Origin: Sphingomonadaceae bacterium
GTDB taxonomy: Bacteria > Pseudomonadota > Alphaproteobacteria > Sphingomonadales > Sphingomonadaceae
Direction of reading: 5' to 3'
Assembly: GCA_016462305.1 (NCBI GenBank)
Contig: JAEMTM010000002.1
Coordinates: forward strand, 1-43,213
Length of the DNA: 43,213 nucleotides
In this document: one piece after another, positions 1 to 8,747 of the stretch
Position numbering within the stretch: the stretch's first letter is position 1
How the letters are laid out: the number at the start of each line of letters is the position of its first letter
The notes under the pieces: generated by a model
The model's database searches: none
What the model saw: the letters and a program-made list of their open reading frames with translations, nothing else
What the model was told of the DNA's origin: nothing
Program-made: the position numbers and the translations under genes

Positions 1-84
1 CCGGTTCGCGCTTTTCGACCTCCGCGCCAGTTGCCTCAACGAAGGCCCGTCAAAATCATCTCGCAAACTAATCGATGCTCCCAT
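1..84 (-). CDS. IS630-family transposase, N-terminal 28 codons (runs off the window)
   Basis: Own translation from ATG at 84: MGASISLRDDFDGPSLRQLARRSKSANR, resembling the 'LRxDFDxxxLRxLARRS' start of IS630 HTH transposases. GGAGGA upstream. Confidence 0.72.
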   Translation of the reverse strand, partial: MGASISLRDDFDGPSLRQLARRSKSANR

Positions 85-174
85 GTCGCGTCCTCCAAGC
101 AAAGAACAACATAGAATTAGACTTTTTACCGCTTGGGAATCCCAAATCTGAGTCAGCCTCAGCGCAGCTTGGTA
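1..174 (-). mobile_element. Left end of an IS630-family insertion sequence, truncated by the window edge
   Basis: Minus strand begins TACCAAGCTGCGCTGAGGCTGACTCAGATTTGGGATTCCCAA, which resembles alphaproteobacterial IS630 ends, with internal palindrome TTGGGA-A-TCCCAA at 133-145. It is followed by a GGAGGA RBS and a transposase-like start. Confidence 0.7.
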
Positions 175-343
175 ATCGTTCGACTGAACAATCCCAATTG
201 GTTACAAGCGCGCACCGTCACTTTGCTCTATAATGGCATCCGTGCGAACACTGTCTAATGGGATAGCGTAAAGGTAAACGAAACCATCGCACCCGAGATA
301 TTCAAGGCACCGACCGGCTTTATGAAAGCGAAATAATGCATGG

Positions 344-1516
344 CTATTCGACCGCACCGCTTCGCACTAACGCTGTGATACTGGGTTCGTCATAGCCGAG
401 CGACGCCAGAATTGAAGAAGTGTGTTGGCCGGCATCGGGAATGATACGCGATACCCCGAGGCGACGACCGTTCATTTCAATGGGAATGAGCGGAAGCCGT
501 GTTTCGCCGCCGCCATTTAGCGCGACGGGTTCGAGCCCACCACTTGCTTCGAGATGCGGGTCGTCAAACATATCCTCCGGCCGAGCGATAGGCGCGAAGG
601 GCAGGCCGGAACCTTCAAGTTTCGTAATAATTTCGTCCCGGGTAAACGCCTGCATCACGTCACGAATAATAGGCATGATCCGGTCGCGCGCCAGCACGCG
701 GACATTGTTGGCGCGAAGCGTTTCGTCCGCCCATAAGTCGTCGAGGCCGAACAGGGCACAGAATTTCTCCCAGAGGCTGTCGGTGACAACGCCGATAAAG
801 ACCGGATCGTCCTTGGTCTCGAATACATCATAGACTGCCCACGCAGAGATGCGCGCGGGCATTGGGGCGGCGGCCTGGCCAGTGACGGCCATTTGCGCCA
901 TATGCTGCGCGATTAGGTAGACCGTGGTTTCGAAGAGTGCCGTCTGTACTTTCTGACCCCTACCAGTGCGGTGGCGTTCCTCGAGTGCGGCTTGTACTGC
1001 GATAACGCCAAACATTCCGCCTGTAATATCAACCACGCTAGACCCAGCTCGTAAAGGGCGCCCGGGCGGTCCGGTCATATAGGCAAGTCCACCCATCATT
1101 TGCGCAACCTCGTCCAACGCGGTTCGTTGCTCGTAGGGGCCTTTCAGAAAGCCTTTAGCCGAACAGTAAATGAGTCGGGGATTAGTTGCGGATAGGCTTT
1201 CATAGCTTAGGCCTAATCTGTCCATCGCACCGGGGCGGTAATTCTCGACCAGCACGTCGGCGCTGTCTATCAACTTTCTTGCGACTGCAATGCCATCCGT
1301 CGATTTCAGGTCGAGGCAGATACTTTGCTTGCCCCTGTTGAAGGTTGGGAAATAACCCGCACCCGACCCGAGTAGGGTCCTTGTTCGGTCTCCGCCGATC
1401 GGCTCTACATGAATTACCTCTGCCCCTAATGCCGCGAAGATTGCGCCGACCGATGGCCCCATAATCATATGGGCGAACTCGACCACACGAATACCAGAAA
1501 GAGGCGTGTCGCTCAT
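344..1516 (-). CDS. Family III (CaiB/BaiF) CoA-transferase
   Basis: PLSGIRVVEF start, NRGKQSICLDLK, ADVLVENYRPG, catalytic Asp in SVVDITGG. ATGA-coupled to the upstream lyase. Confidence 0.93.
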   Translation of the reverse strand: MSDTPLSGIRVVEFAHMIMGPSVGAIFAALGAEVIHVEPIGGDRTRTLLGSGAGYFPTFNRGKQSICLDLKSTDGIAVARKLIDSADVLVENYRPGAMDRLGLSYESLSATNPRLIYCSAKGFLKGPYEQRTALDEVAQMMGGLAYMTGPPGRPLRAGSSVVDITGGMFGVIAVQAALEERHRTGRGQKVQTALFETTVYLIAQHMAQMAVTGQAAAPMPARISAWAVYDVFETKDDPVFIGVVTDSLWEKFCALFGLDDLWADETLRANNVRVLARDRIMPIIRDVMQAFTRDEIITKLEGSGLPFAPIARPEDMFDDPHLEASGGLEPVALNGGGETRLPLIPIEMNGRRLGVSRIIPDAGQHTSSILASLGYDEPSITALVRSGAVE

Positions 1517-2433
1517 ACCGATTTCCTTTGCGCGAAATCGAGCGGAAGACCGGCATCCGGCGTAAAACCGTACAGTTCTTCACCGGGCAACGCTGCTGCG
1601 ACAATTTCCCGGACCTTGAGCAATTTTTCAAGATCTATACCCGTCTCGAGTCCCATCGCCTGAAGCATGAACACCAAATCCTCGGTGACGATATTGCCCG
1701 AAGCCCCCGGCGCAAACGGACAACCGCCAATCCCGCCGAGCGAGGCATCGAAAGTGGTGATGCCCTCCTCCAGCCCCGCGAGGACGTTCGCTAGACCCAA
1801 CCCGCGCGTATTGTGGAGGTGGAGCGTGGTCATATATTGCTTGCCGACCGCAGCCTGTACCTTGCGTGTAAGGCGCTTGACTTGAGCGGGGTCGGCATAA
1901 CCTGTCGTATCGGAAAGGCTCAGTTCCTTTGCACCTGCCTCAACTGCTGCTTCGGCGAGGCGAACAACCTGGTCCTCGGGCACATGACCTTCAATGGTGC
2001 AGCCGAACGCAGTCGAAAGCCCGACCGCAAAATGGATTCCTGCGGCTTCGGCCATTTCAGCTATTGTGCAGATTTCTGCGATCATCGTGCGGTGGTCTTT
2101 CCGTACATTTTTGATCGAATGCGTCTCCGACATCGAAAAGGGGATGGACATGCCGTGCACCCCCGCCTCGACGGCCCGCGCCGCACCCATGGCGTTCGGA
2201 ACAAGCGTTACGACATTGAGGCCCGGAATGGTCTTGGCAAAGGCGACAACTTGAGCGGTGTCGGCAAGTTGCGGAAGCAATGTGGGCGGCACAAAGCTAC
2301 CCACCTCGATCTCGCGCACGCCCGCTTCCGCCTCGGCCTGGATCCAGGCCTTTTTGGCCTCGAATGGCATGATGCTTTGAATGCTTTGTAACCCGTCGCG
2401 CGTGCCGACTTCGCTGACAAGAATTGCGGTCAT
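1513..2433 (-). CDS. HMG-CoA lyase family (DRE-TIM) acyl-CoA C-C lyase, citramalyl-CoA-lyase-like
   Basis: EVGTRDGLQ, DTTG, HLHNTRG, GGIGGCPFAPGASGN motifs. Start re-called to ATG 2433, which overlaps the leuD-like stop (ATGA). Confidence 0.92.
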   Translation of the reverse strand: MTAILVSEVGTRDGLQSIQSIMPFEAKKAWIQAEAEAGVREIEVGSFVPPTLLPQLADTAQVVAFAKTIPGLNVVTLVPNAMGAARAVEAGVHGMSIPFSMSETHSIKNVRKDHRTMIAEICTIAEMAEAAGIHFAVGLSTAFGCTIEGHVPEDQVVRLAEAAVEAGAKELSLSDTTGYADPAQVKRLTRKVQAAVGKQYMTTLHLHNTRGLGLANVLAGLEEGITTFDASLGGIGGCPFAPGASGNIVTEDLVFMLQAMGLETGIDLEKLLKVREIVAAALPGEELYGFTPDAGLPLDFAQRKSV

Positions 2434-3023
2434 ACCGTTGCCCCAAAATAAATCCACGGACGTTTCGCTCGGTCAGCGGCTTGCCACGTGGTGATTGCAT
2501 GCGCGTGTTTCAGCGTCAGGTCTATCGCGTCAAGTCCTTCGAGCAGCATAGTTTTTTCGTCTTGTCCAATATCGAACTGGCGTCCGTTGACCGCCTGTGC
2601 AGTCAAGTCGACAATGGCATTGCCACCTGCAAGTATACCGATAAATGTTCGTGGTAAGGAAATGGGCACGATCCCATTGCGGATGCAGTTATTATAGAAA
2701 ATAGGCGCAAAGCTCTCTGCAATTACACATCTTATTCCATATTCTGCGAGTGCCCATACGGCGTGCTCGCGGCTGGAGCCGCAGCCGAAATTTGCGCCGC
2801 TCGCCAATATCTTCGCATCGCGATACTCGGGCTGGTTGAGAACGAAGTCTGGGTTTTCGGAACGTGTTTTCGCGTCATAATAACGCCAAGGCGCAAACAA
2901 GCCATCGGCGAGGCCGGTTTTGCCCGTCGATCTCATCTCGCGGGAGGGAATGATCGTATCTGTATCGACATTGTCGCGGATCAGAGGCGCAACCACAGAT
3001 GTTAGAGAGGTGAAAGGCGTCAT
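2430..3023 (-). CDS. leuD: LeuD-like aconitase-family small subunit (isopropylmalate/alkylmalate dehydratase)
   Basis: DNVDTDTIIP, GANFGCGSSREHAVWAL, SFAPIFYNN motifs. Context suggests a catabolic paralogue rather than the leucine-biosynthetic gene. Confidence 0.9.
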   Translation of the reverse strand: MTPFTSLTSVVAPLIRDNVDTDTIIPSREMRSTGKTGLADGLFAPWRYYDAKTRSENPDFVLNQPEYRDAKILASGANFGCGSSREHAVWALAEYGIRCVIAESFAPIFYNNCIRNGIVPISLPRTFIGILAGGNAIVDLTAQAVNGRQFDIGQDEKTMLLEGLDAIDLTLKHAHAITTWQAADRAKRPWIYFGATV

Positions 3024-4369
3024 GGTGCGGTGATCCTGCCTGCGATCGCACTGGCGGCCACCACATCGGGGCTGGCGATATGCGTGCGAATTCCCGGTCC
3101 CTGCCGTCCTTCAAAGTTACGGTTGGTAGAAGAAATTACGCGACTGCCCGCCGGAAAGCTCTCGCCCCCCGAATAGAAGCAGAGCGAGCAACCGCTTTCT
3201 CGCCATTCGAAACCTGCCTTAACAAAGATTCGGTCAAGACCCTCCGCTTCCGCAGCGCGCTTGACCGCGGACGATCCCGGCACCACCAAAGCAAGGATGC
3301 CTTGGGCCTTAGTCTTGCCTTTGACGATGGCAGCGGCGCGGCGCAGGTCGGATAGGCGGGCGTTGGTGCAACTGCCGATAAAGGCGACATCGATTGCAAG
3401 GCCTGCAAGGGACTGTCCTGGTTCGAGGCCCATATAGTGCAGAGCGTTTATGTCGGCGTTAACAGGAACTGTTGCCGATAAGGCTACGCTTTGCGCAGGG
3501 GATGTACCCCAACTTATCATCGGTTCGATGCTCGCAGCATCAATGAAGATTTCAACATCAAAGTTAGCGCCATTGTCGGTGACAAGGTCGGACCAATCGG
3601 GCAGCGGATCGGGTGCGTAGCGGCGGCCTTGAAGATATGCGAAAGTGGCCTCATCTGGAGCGATGATCCCGGATAACGCCGCAAATTCGGTCGCCATATT
3701 GCATAAGGTCATACGCGCTTCCATGTCTAGCGCGCGAACCGTGTCGCCAGAGAATTCAACCACATGCCTGGCACCACCGCTCGCACCATGGTCGGCGATG
3801 AGACGAAGGATCATGTCCTTCGCGGTCACGCCGGGCGAGAGCTTACCTTCAAAAGTCACACGCATATTCTTGGGCTTGGCCACACGCAAAGTGCCGGTGG
3901 CCATCGCATGTTCGGCCTCGCTGCTACCAATGCCCCACGCGAAAGCACCGAACGCGCCTTGCGTGCAGGTGTGGCTGTCTGGCGCAATCAACGTACAGCC
4001 GGGAACAACGATGCCGAGTTCCGGAGAAATCACGTGTGTGATGCCCTGATCAGGATCATTGACATCGAACAGGGTAATCCCTGCTGCGTGACAGGCCGCA
4101 CGCGTTTCGGTGATGAAGGCATCGCCGCCAGGCATCAGCGTGCCGTCGCCGCGACCGGGACGGGTGTCGACTATATGGTCCATCACCGCAAAGACGCGCG
4201 CGGGATCAATTACAGCGCGGCCCGCCTCTGCCATCGACCTGAGCGCCGCGGCCCCCGTCCGCTCGTGCAGGAAAATACGGTCGATCGCGATCAACGCGTT
4301 TTCTCCGCCCAAATCGGTTACGACATGGGCATCCCAGATTTTCTCAAACAGGGTTTGCGGCTTAACCAG
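3020..4369 (-). CDS. leuC: LeuC-like [4Fe-4S] aconitase-family large subunit; probable CTG start at 4369
   Basis: DSHT, IGSCTNAR, GCSLC, STNRNFEGRQG motifs. Conserved N-terminus KPQTLFEKIWDAHVV lies in frame upstream of the ORF-track TTG (4312). Confidence 0.9.
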   Translation of the reverse strand: MVKPQTLFEKIWDAHVVTDLGGENALIAIDRIFLHERTGAAALRSMAEAGRAVIDPARVFAVMDHIVDTRPGRGDGTLMPGGDAFITETRAACHAAGITLFDVNDPDQGITHVISPELGIVVPGCTLIAPDSHTCTQGAFGAFAWGIGSSEAEHAMATGTLRVAKPKNMRVTFEGKLSPGVTAKDMILRLIADHGASGGARHVVEFSGDTVRALDMEARMTLCNMATEFAALSGIIAPDEATFAYLQGRRYAPDPLPDWSDLVTDNGANFDVEIFIDAASIEPMISWGTSPAQSVALSATVPVNADINALHYMGLEPGQSLAGLAIDVAFIGSCTNARLSDLRRAAAIVKGKTKAQGILALVVPGSSAVKRAAEAEGLDRIFVKAGFEWRESGCSLCFYSGGESFPAGSRVISSTNRNFEGRQGPGIRTHIASPDVVAASAIAGRITAP

Positions 4370-4850
4370 TCTGTCCCTCCAGCGAGCGCCAGTCCTTGGT
4401 CACCAATTTTTCCTGAATTGCGGTGCGGGTTTCGAGCTTGCCATCGCGGATCCAGTGCCAAGTGCGACAGCGGCTTTGTCCGTCATCAGAAATCTGGATC
4501 ATCTCGTACAGGTAAAGCAACGGGTCACCCTGCCGCTGCCAGTACAGCATCACCGTGCGGCTATATTCATCAAGGCCGACTTCGGCTGCCCAGCCCTTGA
4601 TGAGTTCGTTGTCCCACCATACCCGCTTGTCACGATACGCGGCGGGGAATTCCCGAATATCAGTTCGTCCGTCGTCCCAAGTATAGTGGTTTGTCTGGTG
4701 ATAAGGATGGGGTCCGCTTTCTGGAAAGCGACAGAAGAGGCGCGACTTATGCTGGTCAATTTGCGCATCCTTATCATTGAAATAAGTGTAAGTGCCATCC
4801 CACACGCCCTCGTGACGCGCCAGCAAAGGCATATCTTCGCGAATTCCCAT
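4362..4850 (-). CDS. DUF3598-like small beta-barrel (calycin-type) protein, copy 1
   Basis: RHEGVWDGTY (GxWxG), beta-rich and aromatic-rich. Clear paralogue of 10734..11183. Tightly packed in the operon. Confidence 0.75.
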   Translation of the reverse strand: MGIREDMPLLARHEGVWDGTYTYFNDKDAQIDQHKSRLFCRFPESGPHPYHQTNHYTWDDGRTDIREFPAAYRDKRVWWDNELIKGWAAEVGLDEYSRTVMLYWQRQGDPLLYLYEMIQISDDGQSRCRTWHWIRDGKLETRTAIQEKLVTKDWRSLEGQTG

Positions 4851-4852
4851 AG

Positions 4853-6211
4853 TCAGCTTCCTTCTCTTTGTAACAGCGCAAGATGATATGCACGCGCGGC
4901 GGTTGCCCGCATTAGCGCGCGGTGGTCTTTAGCCAAAGCCTCTGGTTCGAGGCATGAGGGATCGAAGCTGATCACATTGGCTGAAGAAGCTTGATACCAT
5001 GGCGTGAAGAATCGGCGCGCGCGCGTTATGGACCATGCCGCAGTCAGATAACTGCCAAAGCGGTCGGGCGCTAGGTCCGGAAACAATTGGACAGGATCGC
5101 CGCGTTCCGGATTTGGAATATCGACCGCAGTGCATCCAAGCGCGGTGCAGGCGGCTTCAATTACGGCTCGCCATTTATTCCATTCTGTTGGTATCTCATT
5201 GGGCCATCCGTCGGACAGGCCATGACCGGGCAGGTCGATGGCAGTTTCTCCCCCCGACATTTCGGTTCCCGGCGCATGGACAGTGAGCGTTGCACCACCT
5301 TTACGGCCTCTCCAGTGAATGAGGCCGTCGAAATCGGCGGTGTTCACATGGATAAATCCCGCTTTTTGATCGTCGGGCAGCGCCGGGCAATCCCGCAAAG
5401 GAAGCGTTCGAAGAAATAAAAGGCTAGCCTCATGCAAGTCGGTTGGCGTCGAAACCTTCCGCGCTTCCCAGCTTGCGGGCATAACGCCCAAGCGGTCGAT
5501 ATGCGCCTGTAGGGGGTCGCCGTCATAGGCGGTGATCAGCACGGGTGGCGTAATTGCATCAGGCGGCGGAATGTCACGTGGGGCGCGCAGCACAGCGCCA
5601 TATCCCAGGCGGTAAGAGTCGCCAGCATCGAGCATTTCCATCACGACAGCGTGGATGCGGGCCGGATCGTCGTGGGCGACCGAAAGTCGCGCTTCCGGTC
5701 GCACGTCGAACCAAGGAAAAAACCAGCTTTGTTCAAGAATGCGATTCCACAGCCAAGTTAGATGTTCGCCATAGCGCGACGGCAGGAATGGCGGCAGATA
5801 GGCGTCGCCGAACACAGCCATTTCTTCCGACGTCCAGATCGCATAACCGCCTACGGCCAGTCCGGTGAACATTTCCGGATGGCGTTTCAACGCATTTACC
5901 AGAATGATTCCACCCGAATGAAAACCGAAGGCCGCTGTCCGCTCTATTCCGAGTGCGCCGACGAATTCGACAATGGCTTCGGCATAGTCGCTGATGTCAG
6001 GGTCTGCCTTCGCCAGCGGAGCGGATTGACCAAAACCCGGCGTGTCAGGCGCGATACAGGTGAAATGTTCCCCCCATTCGCGCATCAGCGATTCATATTC
6101 GGCCGACGAGCGCGGACTTTGATGCACCATGAGCAGTGACGGGCCGCTGCCGCACCGACGATAATGGACGGTTCGACCATTGATTGTCAGATAGTGGCGG
6201 CTCAATCTCAT
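4853..6211 (-). CDS. Alpha/beta-hydrolase-fold protein with a partial second domain and an atypical G-F-H-S-G elbow
   Basis: GSGPSLLMVHQSP, APDTPGFGQS, and a second IDLPGHGLSD motif. Start re-called to ATG 6211 (MRLSRHYL). Confidence 0.85.
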   Translation of the reverse strand: MRLSRHYLTINGRTVHYRRCGSGPSLLMVHQSPRSSAEYESLMREWGEHFTCIAPDTPGFGQSAPLAKADPDISDYAEAIVEFVGALGIERTAAFGFHSGGIILVNALKRHPEMFTGLAVGGYAIWTSEEMAVFGDAYLPPFLPSRYGEHLTWLWNRILEQSWFFPWFDVRPEARLSVAHDDPARIHAVVMEMLDAGDSYRLGYGAVLRAPRDIPPPDAITPPVLITAYDGDPLQAHIDRLGVMPASWEARKVSTPTDLHEASLLFLRTLPLRDCPALPDDQKAGFIHVNTADFDGLIHWRGRKGGATLTVHAPGTEMSGGETAIDLPGHGLSDGWPNEIPTEWNKWRAVIEAACTALGCTAVDIPNPERGDPVQLFPDLAPDRFGSYLTAAWSITRARRFFTPWYQASSANVISFDPSCLEPEALAKDHRALMRATAARAYHLALLQREGS

Positions 6212-6218
6212 GCGCAAA

Positions 6219-6236
6219 AATTTGTCCGGACAAATT
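6219..6236. promoter_or_regulatory. Operator box 1: perfect 18-bp palindrome AATTTGTCCGGACAAATT between divergent operons
   Basis: Read directly. Core TTGTCCGGACAA at 6222-6233 recurs at four other intergenic sites and resembles GntR/HutC-type TTGT-N4-ACAA boxes. Confidence 0.85.
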
Positions 6237-6295
6237 GCTCTCGACAAGCCCTTATCGCTTGGGCAAAAGGCTGGCAAGGGCAGGAGATGAATTTG

Positions 6296-6976
6296 ATGAG
6301 CCTGATCGGCACAAAAATGGTCAGTGACGGGAAGACGGCACGGCAGCTGTTTGAAGAAGTCATGGCCAATCCCGCACGAAAAAAGTTCGGATTCGGGGAA
6401 AAACTGGCCATCGTCAACGTCGATTTTCAGCAGGCCTATACGCGTACCGATATGTTTGCGACTGCCTATGAGACCGACCCGCGCCAGATTGAATATGTGA
6501 ACGTCATTTCGCGGCTGGCGCGGAACGAAGGAATGCCGGTTATCTGGTCACGCGTGGGCTACATAGAAAACGCTGGCGATGCTGGGGTGTGGGGCACCCG
6601 GACAGATACGCCCGATTCGCTGCAGAATATCAAATATGGTTCGCAGCGTCATGCTTTCGACCCGCGGTGCCAGATCGAACCTAATGACCTGCAATATACC
6701 AAGCGAATGCCAAGCGCTTTTTTCGAAACACCGCTCGCCAGTTACCTGACCTGGCACAAAGTCGACACAGTGGTGGTTACCGGCGGCAGCACCTCGGGAT
6801 GCGTTCGAGCGACAGCGGTGGATGCTCTCAGCCACGGCTATCGCGCCATCGTTCCCATCGAAACCTGCGCCGACAAGCATGAAAGCTATCACTTTGCCAA
6901 TTTGACGGACCTGCAGCTGAAATATGCCGATGTCGAGTCGGTGCAGAGTGTCATTGACTGGCTTGAGGCGCGCTAA
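6296..6976 (+). CDS. Isochorismatase-family cysteine hydrolase, maleamate amidohydrolase (NicF)/N-carbamoylsarcosine amidase-like
   Basis: Asp (VNVDFQ), Lys (TKRMPSAFF), Cys (STSGCVRAT) triad. AGGAG RBS at 6282-6286 favours ATG 6296. Confidence 0.88.
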   Translation: MSLIGTKMVSDGKTARQLFEEVMANPARKKFGFGEKLAIVNVDFQQAYTRTDMFATAYETDPRQIEYVNVISRLARNEGMPVIWSRVGYIENAGDAGVWGTRTDTPDSLQNIKYGSQRHAFDPRCQIEPNDLQYTKRMPSAFFETPLASYLTWHKVDTVVVTGGSTSGCVRATAVDALSHGYRAIVPIETCADKHESYHFANLTDLQLKYADVESVQSVIDWLEAR

Positions 6977-7845
6977 TGCACGAAGGTGCCCCTGACCCCG
7001 GACTGTATGATTTTTCACCCTATCGGGATCGCAAAAGCATTGTCTGGCCCGGCGGTAAAAGCTGCGCTGTCTGGGTTGCACCCAATCTCGAATATTATGA
7101 GGTCGATCCGCCCGCGCACCCCAAACGCAAGGCATGGGCCCGGCCCCATCCCGATGTAGTCGGCTATTCCCACCGCGATCACTCGAATCGCGTATCGCAT
7201 TGGCGCATGGCTGATGTAATGAGCAAGCATGGTTTCCCGGGTTCGGTCAGCCTCTCAGTTGCTTTATGCCAGCACCACCCTGAGGTCGTGGCTGATGCAA
7301 AGGCGCGCGGTTGGGAGTTTTTCAGTCACGGCATTTACAACACGCGCTACGCATACGACATGTCGGAAGAGCAGGAGCGCGCTATCATCGAGGATTCGAT
7401 TGCGACCGTGCGTGAGGCAACAGGCCAGACAATCCGCGGCTGGCTTGCGCCGGCGTTGACGCACACGCCGCATACACTCGATCTGATCGCTGCATATGGT
7501 CTAGAGTATACCTGCGACCTTTATCACGACGATCAGGTGCAGCCGGTAAAGACTGCGACCGGCAAGCTCGTTTCGATCCCCTACAGCCTTGAGGTCAACG
7601 ACCATTATGGCTTTTTCATCTACAATATGAGCCCGCGTGAATATGCGGACACGCTGGTGCGGCAATATGAACGGCTTGCGGATGAGGGCGGTACCGTAAT
7701 GTGCATCCCATTGCATGCTTATTTGATCGGTCAGCCGCATCGGATCGGGCCGTTCGAAGAAGCGTTGCGCTATATCGCGGCCGACGGACGGGCTTGGCTG
7801 ACGAAGGCAGGCGATATTGTTGACGCATGGAGAGCGCAGCAGTGA
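6976..7845 (+). CDS. NodB/polysaccharide-deacetylase-fold amidohydrolase (PuuE-like), copy 1
   Basis: WPGGKSCAVWVAPNLE, FFSHG, GWLAP, IPYSLEVND, PLHAYLIGQPHR. No signal peptide. Confidence 0.87.
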   Translation: MHEGAPDPGLYDFSPYRDRKSIVWPGGKSCAVWVAPNLEYYEVDPPAHPKRKAWARPHPDVVGYSHRDHSNRVSHWRMADVMSKHGFPGSVSLSVALCQHHPEVVADAKARGWEFFSHGIYNTRYAYDMSEEQERAIIEDSIATVREATGQTIRGWLAPALTHTPHTLDLIAAYGLEYTCDLYHDDQVQPVKTATGKLVSIPYSLEVNDHYGFFIYNMSPREYADTLVRQYERLADEGGTVMCIPLHAYLIGQPHRIGPFEEALRYIAADGRAWLTKAGDIVDAWRAQQ

Positions 7846-8747
7846 CGCTCGATCCAACCTATCTCGAATACCCCAAGCGCCGCCATGGCTACGATCATGA
7901 TCTGTACGAATGGTCAGCGATCCACGCCCGCAAACCAGTCTTCTGGCGCAATAACAAATCGGTTGCGGTCTGGGTTTGCGTCAGCCTCGAATGGTTCCCG
8001 ATTACGCCGACCGACACGCCGTTCCGTGCACCGGGACATATGCAGACCGCCTATCCGGATTATCGCCACTATACTGCGCGCGATTATGGCAATCGTGTGG
8101 GCGTGTACCGACTGCTCGACGCCTTTGCCAAGGCGGGAATGAAAGCCAGCTTCGCCACCAACAGCGTAATTGCCGAACGTTATCCGACGCTTGTTGCCGA
8201 CATCGTTTCGGCGGGCCATGAGATTATCGCGCATTCCACCGACATGAACGGCACGATTGCGACTGGCCTTCCGGTCGATGCGGAGCGCGCCCTGATAGCC
8301 AAGTCGCTCGACATGTTGGAACGTGCGACGGGAACCCGCCCGAAAGGGTGGCTGTCGATAGCCCGCTCGCAAAGCTGGGACACGCCCGACCTGCTGAAAA
8401 AGGCTGGCGTTCGTTATTGCTGCGACTGGGTGAATGACGAACTGCCATACCGGTTCAAAAACGGCCTCATCAACCTGCCGCTTAACCACGAACTGAGCGA
8501 CCGTCAGATCATCACCGTGCAGCAGCAGTCAGCCGACAGCTATGCGCAGCAGATGCGCGATGCGTTCGAGTGGCTGGCCAGCGAGGCCACAGGGCGCATC
8601 CTGCCGCTCCACGTGACCCCCTACATCATGGCGTTGCCTTACCGGATCGGTGCACTGGAGGAACTCCTAATTGAACTCGCCGCGCAATCGCAGGCGTGGA
8701 TGGCAACCGGCGGAGAGATAATCGACGCTTGGGAGGCGCAGCAGTGA
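7842..8747 (+). CDS. NodB/polysaccharide-deacetylase-fold protein (PuuE-like), copy 2
   Basis: DYGNRVGVYRLL, GHEIIAH, PKGWLS, DWVNDELPY. GTG start overlapping the previous TGA. Confidence 0.85.
   Translation: MTLDPTYLEYPKRRHGYDHDLYEWSAIHARKPVFWRNNKSVAVWVCVSLEWFPITPTDTPFRAPGHMQTAYPDYRHYTARDYGNRVGVYRLLDAFAKAGMKASFATNSVIAERYPTLVADIVSAGHEIIAHSTDMNGTIATGLPVDAERALIAKSLDMLERATGTRPKGWLSIARSQSWDTPDLLKKAGVRYCCDWVNDELPYRFKNGLINLPLNHELSDRQIITVQQQSADSYAQQMRDAFEWLASEATGRILPLHVTPYIMALPYRIGALEELLIELAAQSQAWMATGGEIIDAWEAQQ

Noticed and set aside
2430-4369. Leucine biosynthesis operon
   Set aside because: No leuA/leuB nearby; coupled to a lyase and CoA-transferase under a catabolic operator; LeuD specificity region diverges.
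3764-4886. Long plus-strand ORFs (278 and 258 aa)
   Set aside because: Antisense shadows of motif-bearing genes in GC-rich DNA; no recognisable motifs.
6296-6976. Classical nicotinate (nic) maleamate pathway
   Set aside because: No NicAB/NicC/NicX or maleate isomerase (NicE)-like genes recognisable in the window.
6976-8747. Polysaccharide utilisation locus (TBDRs plus 'polysaccharide deacetylases')
   Set aside because: No glycoside hydrolases or sugar kinases; the proteins are cytoplasmic and PuuE-like.
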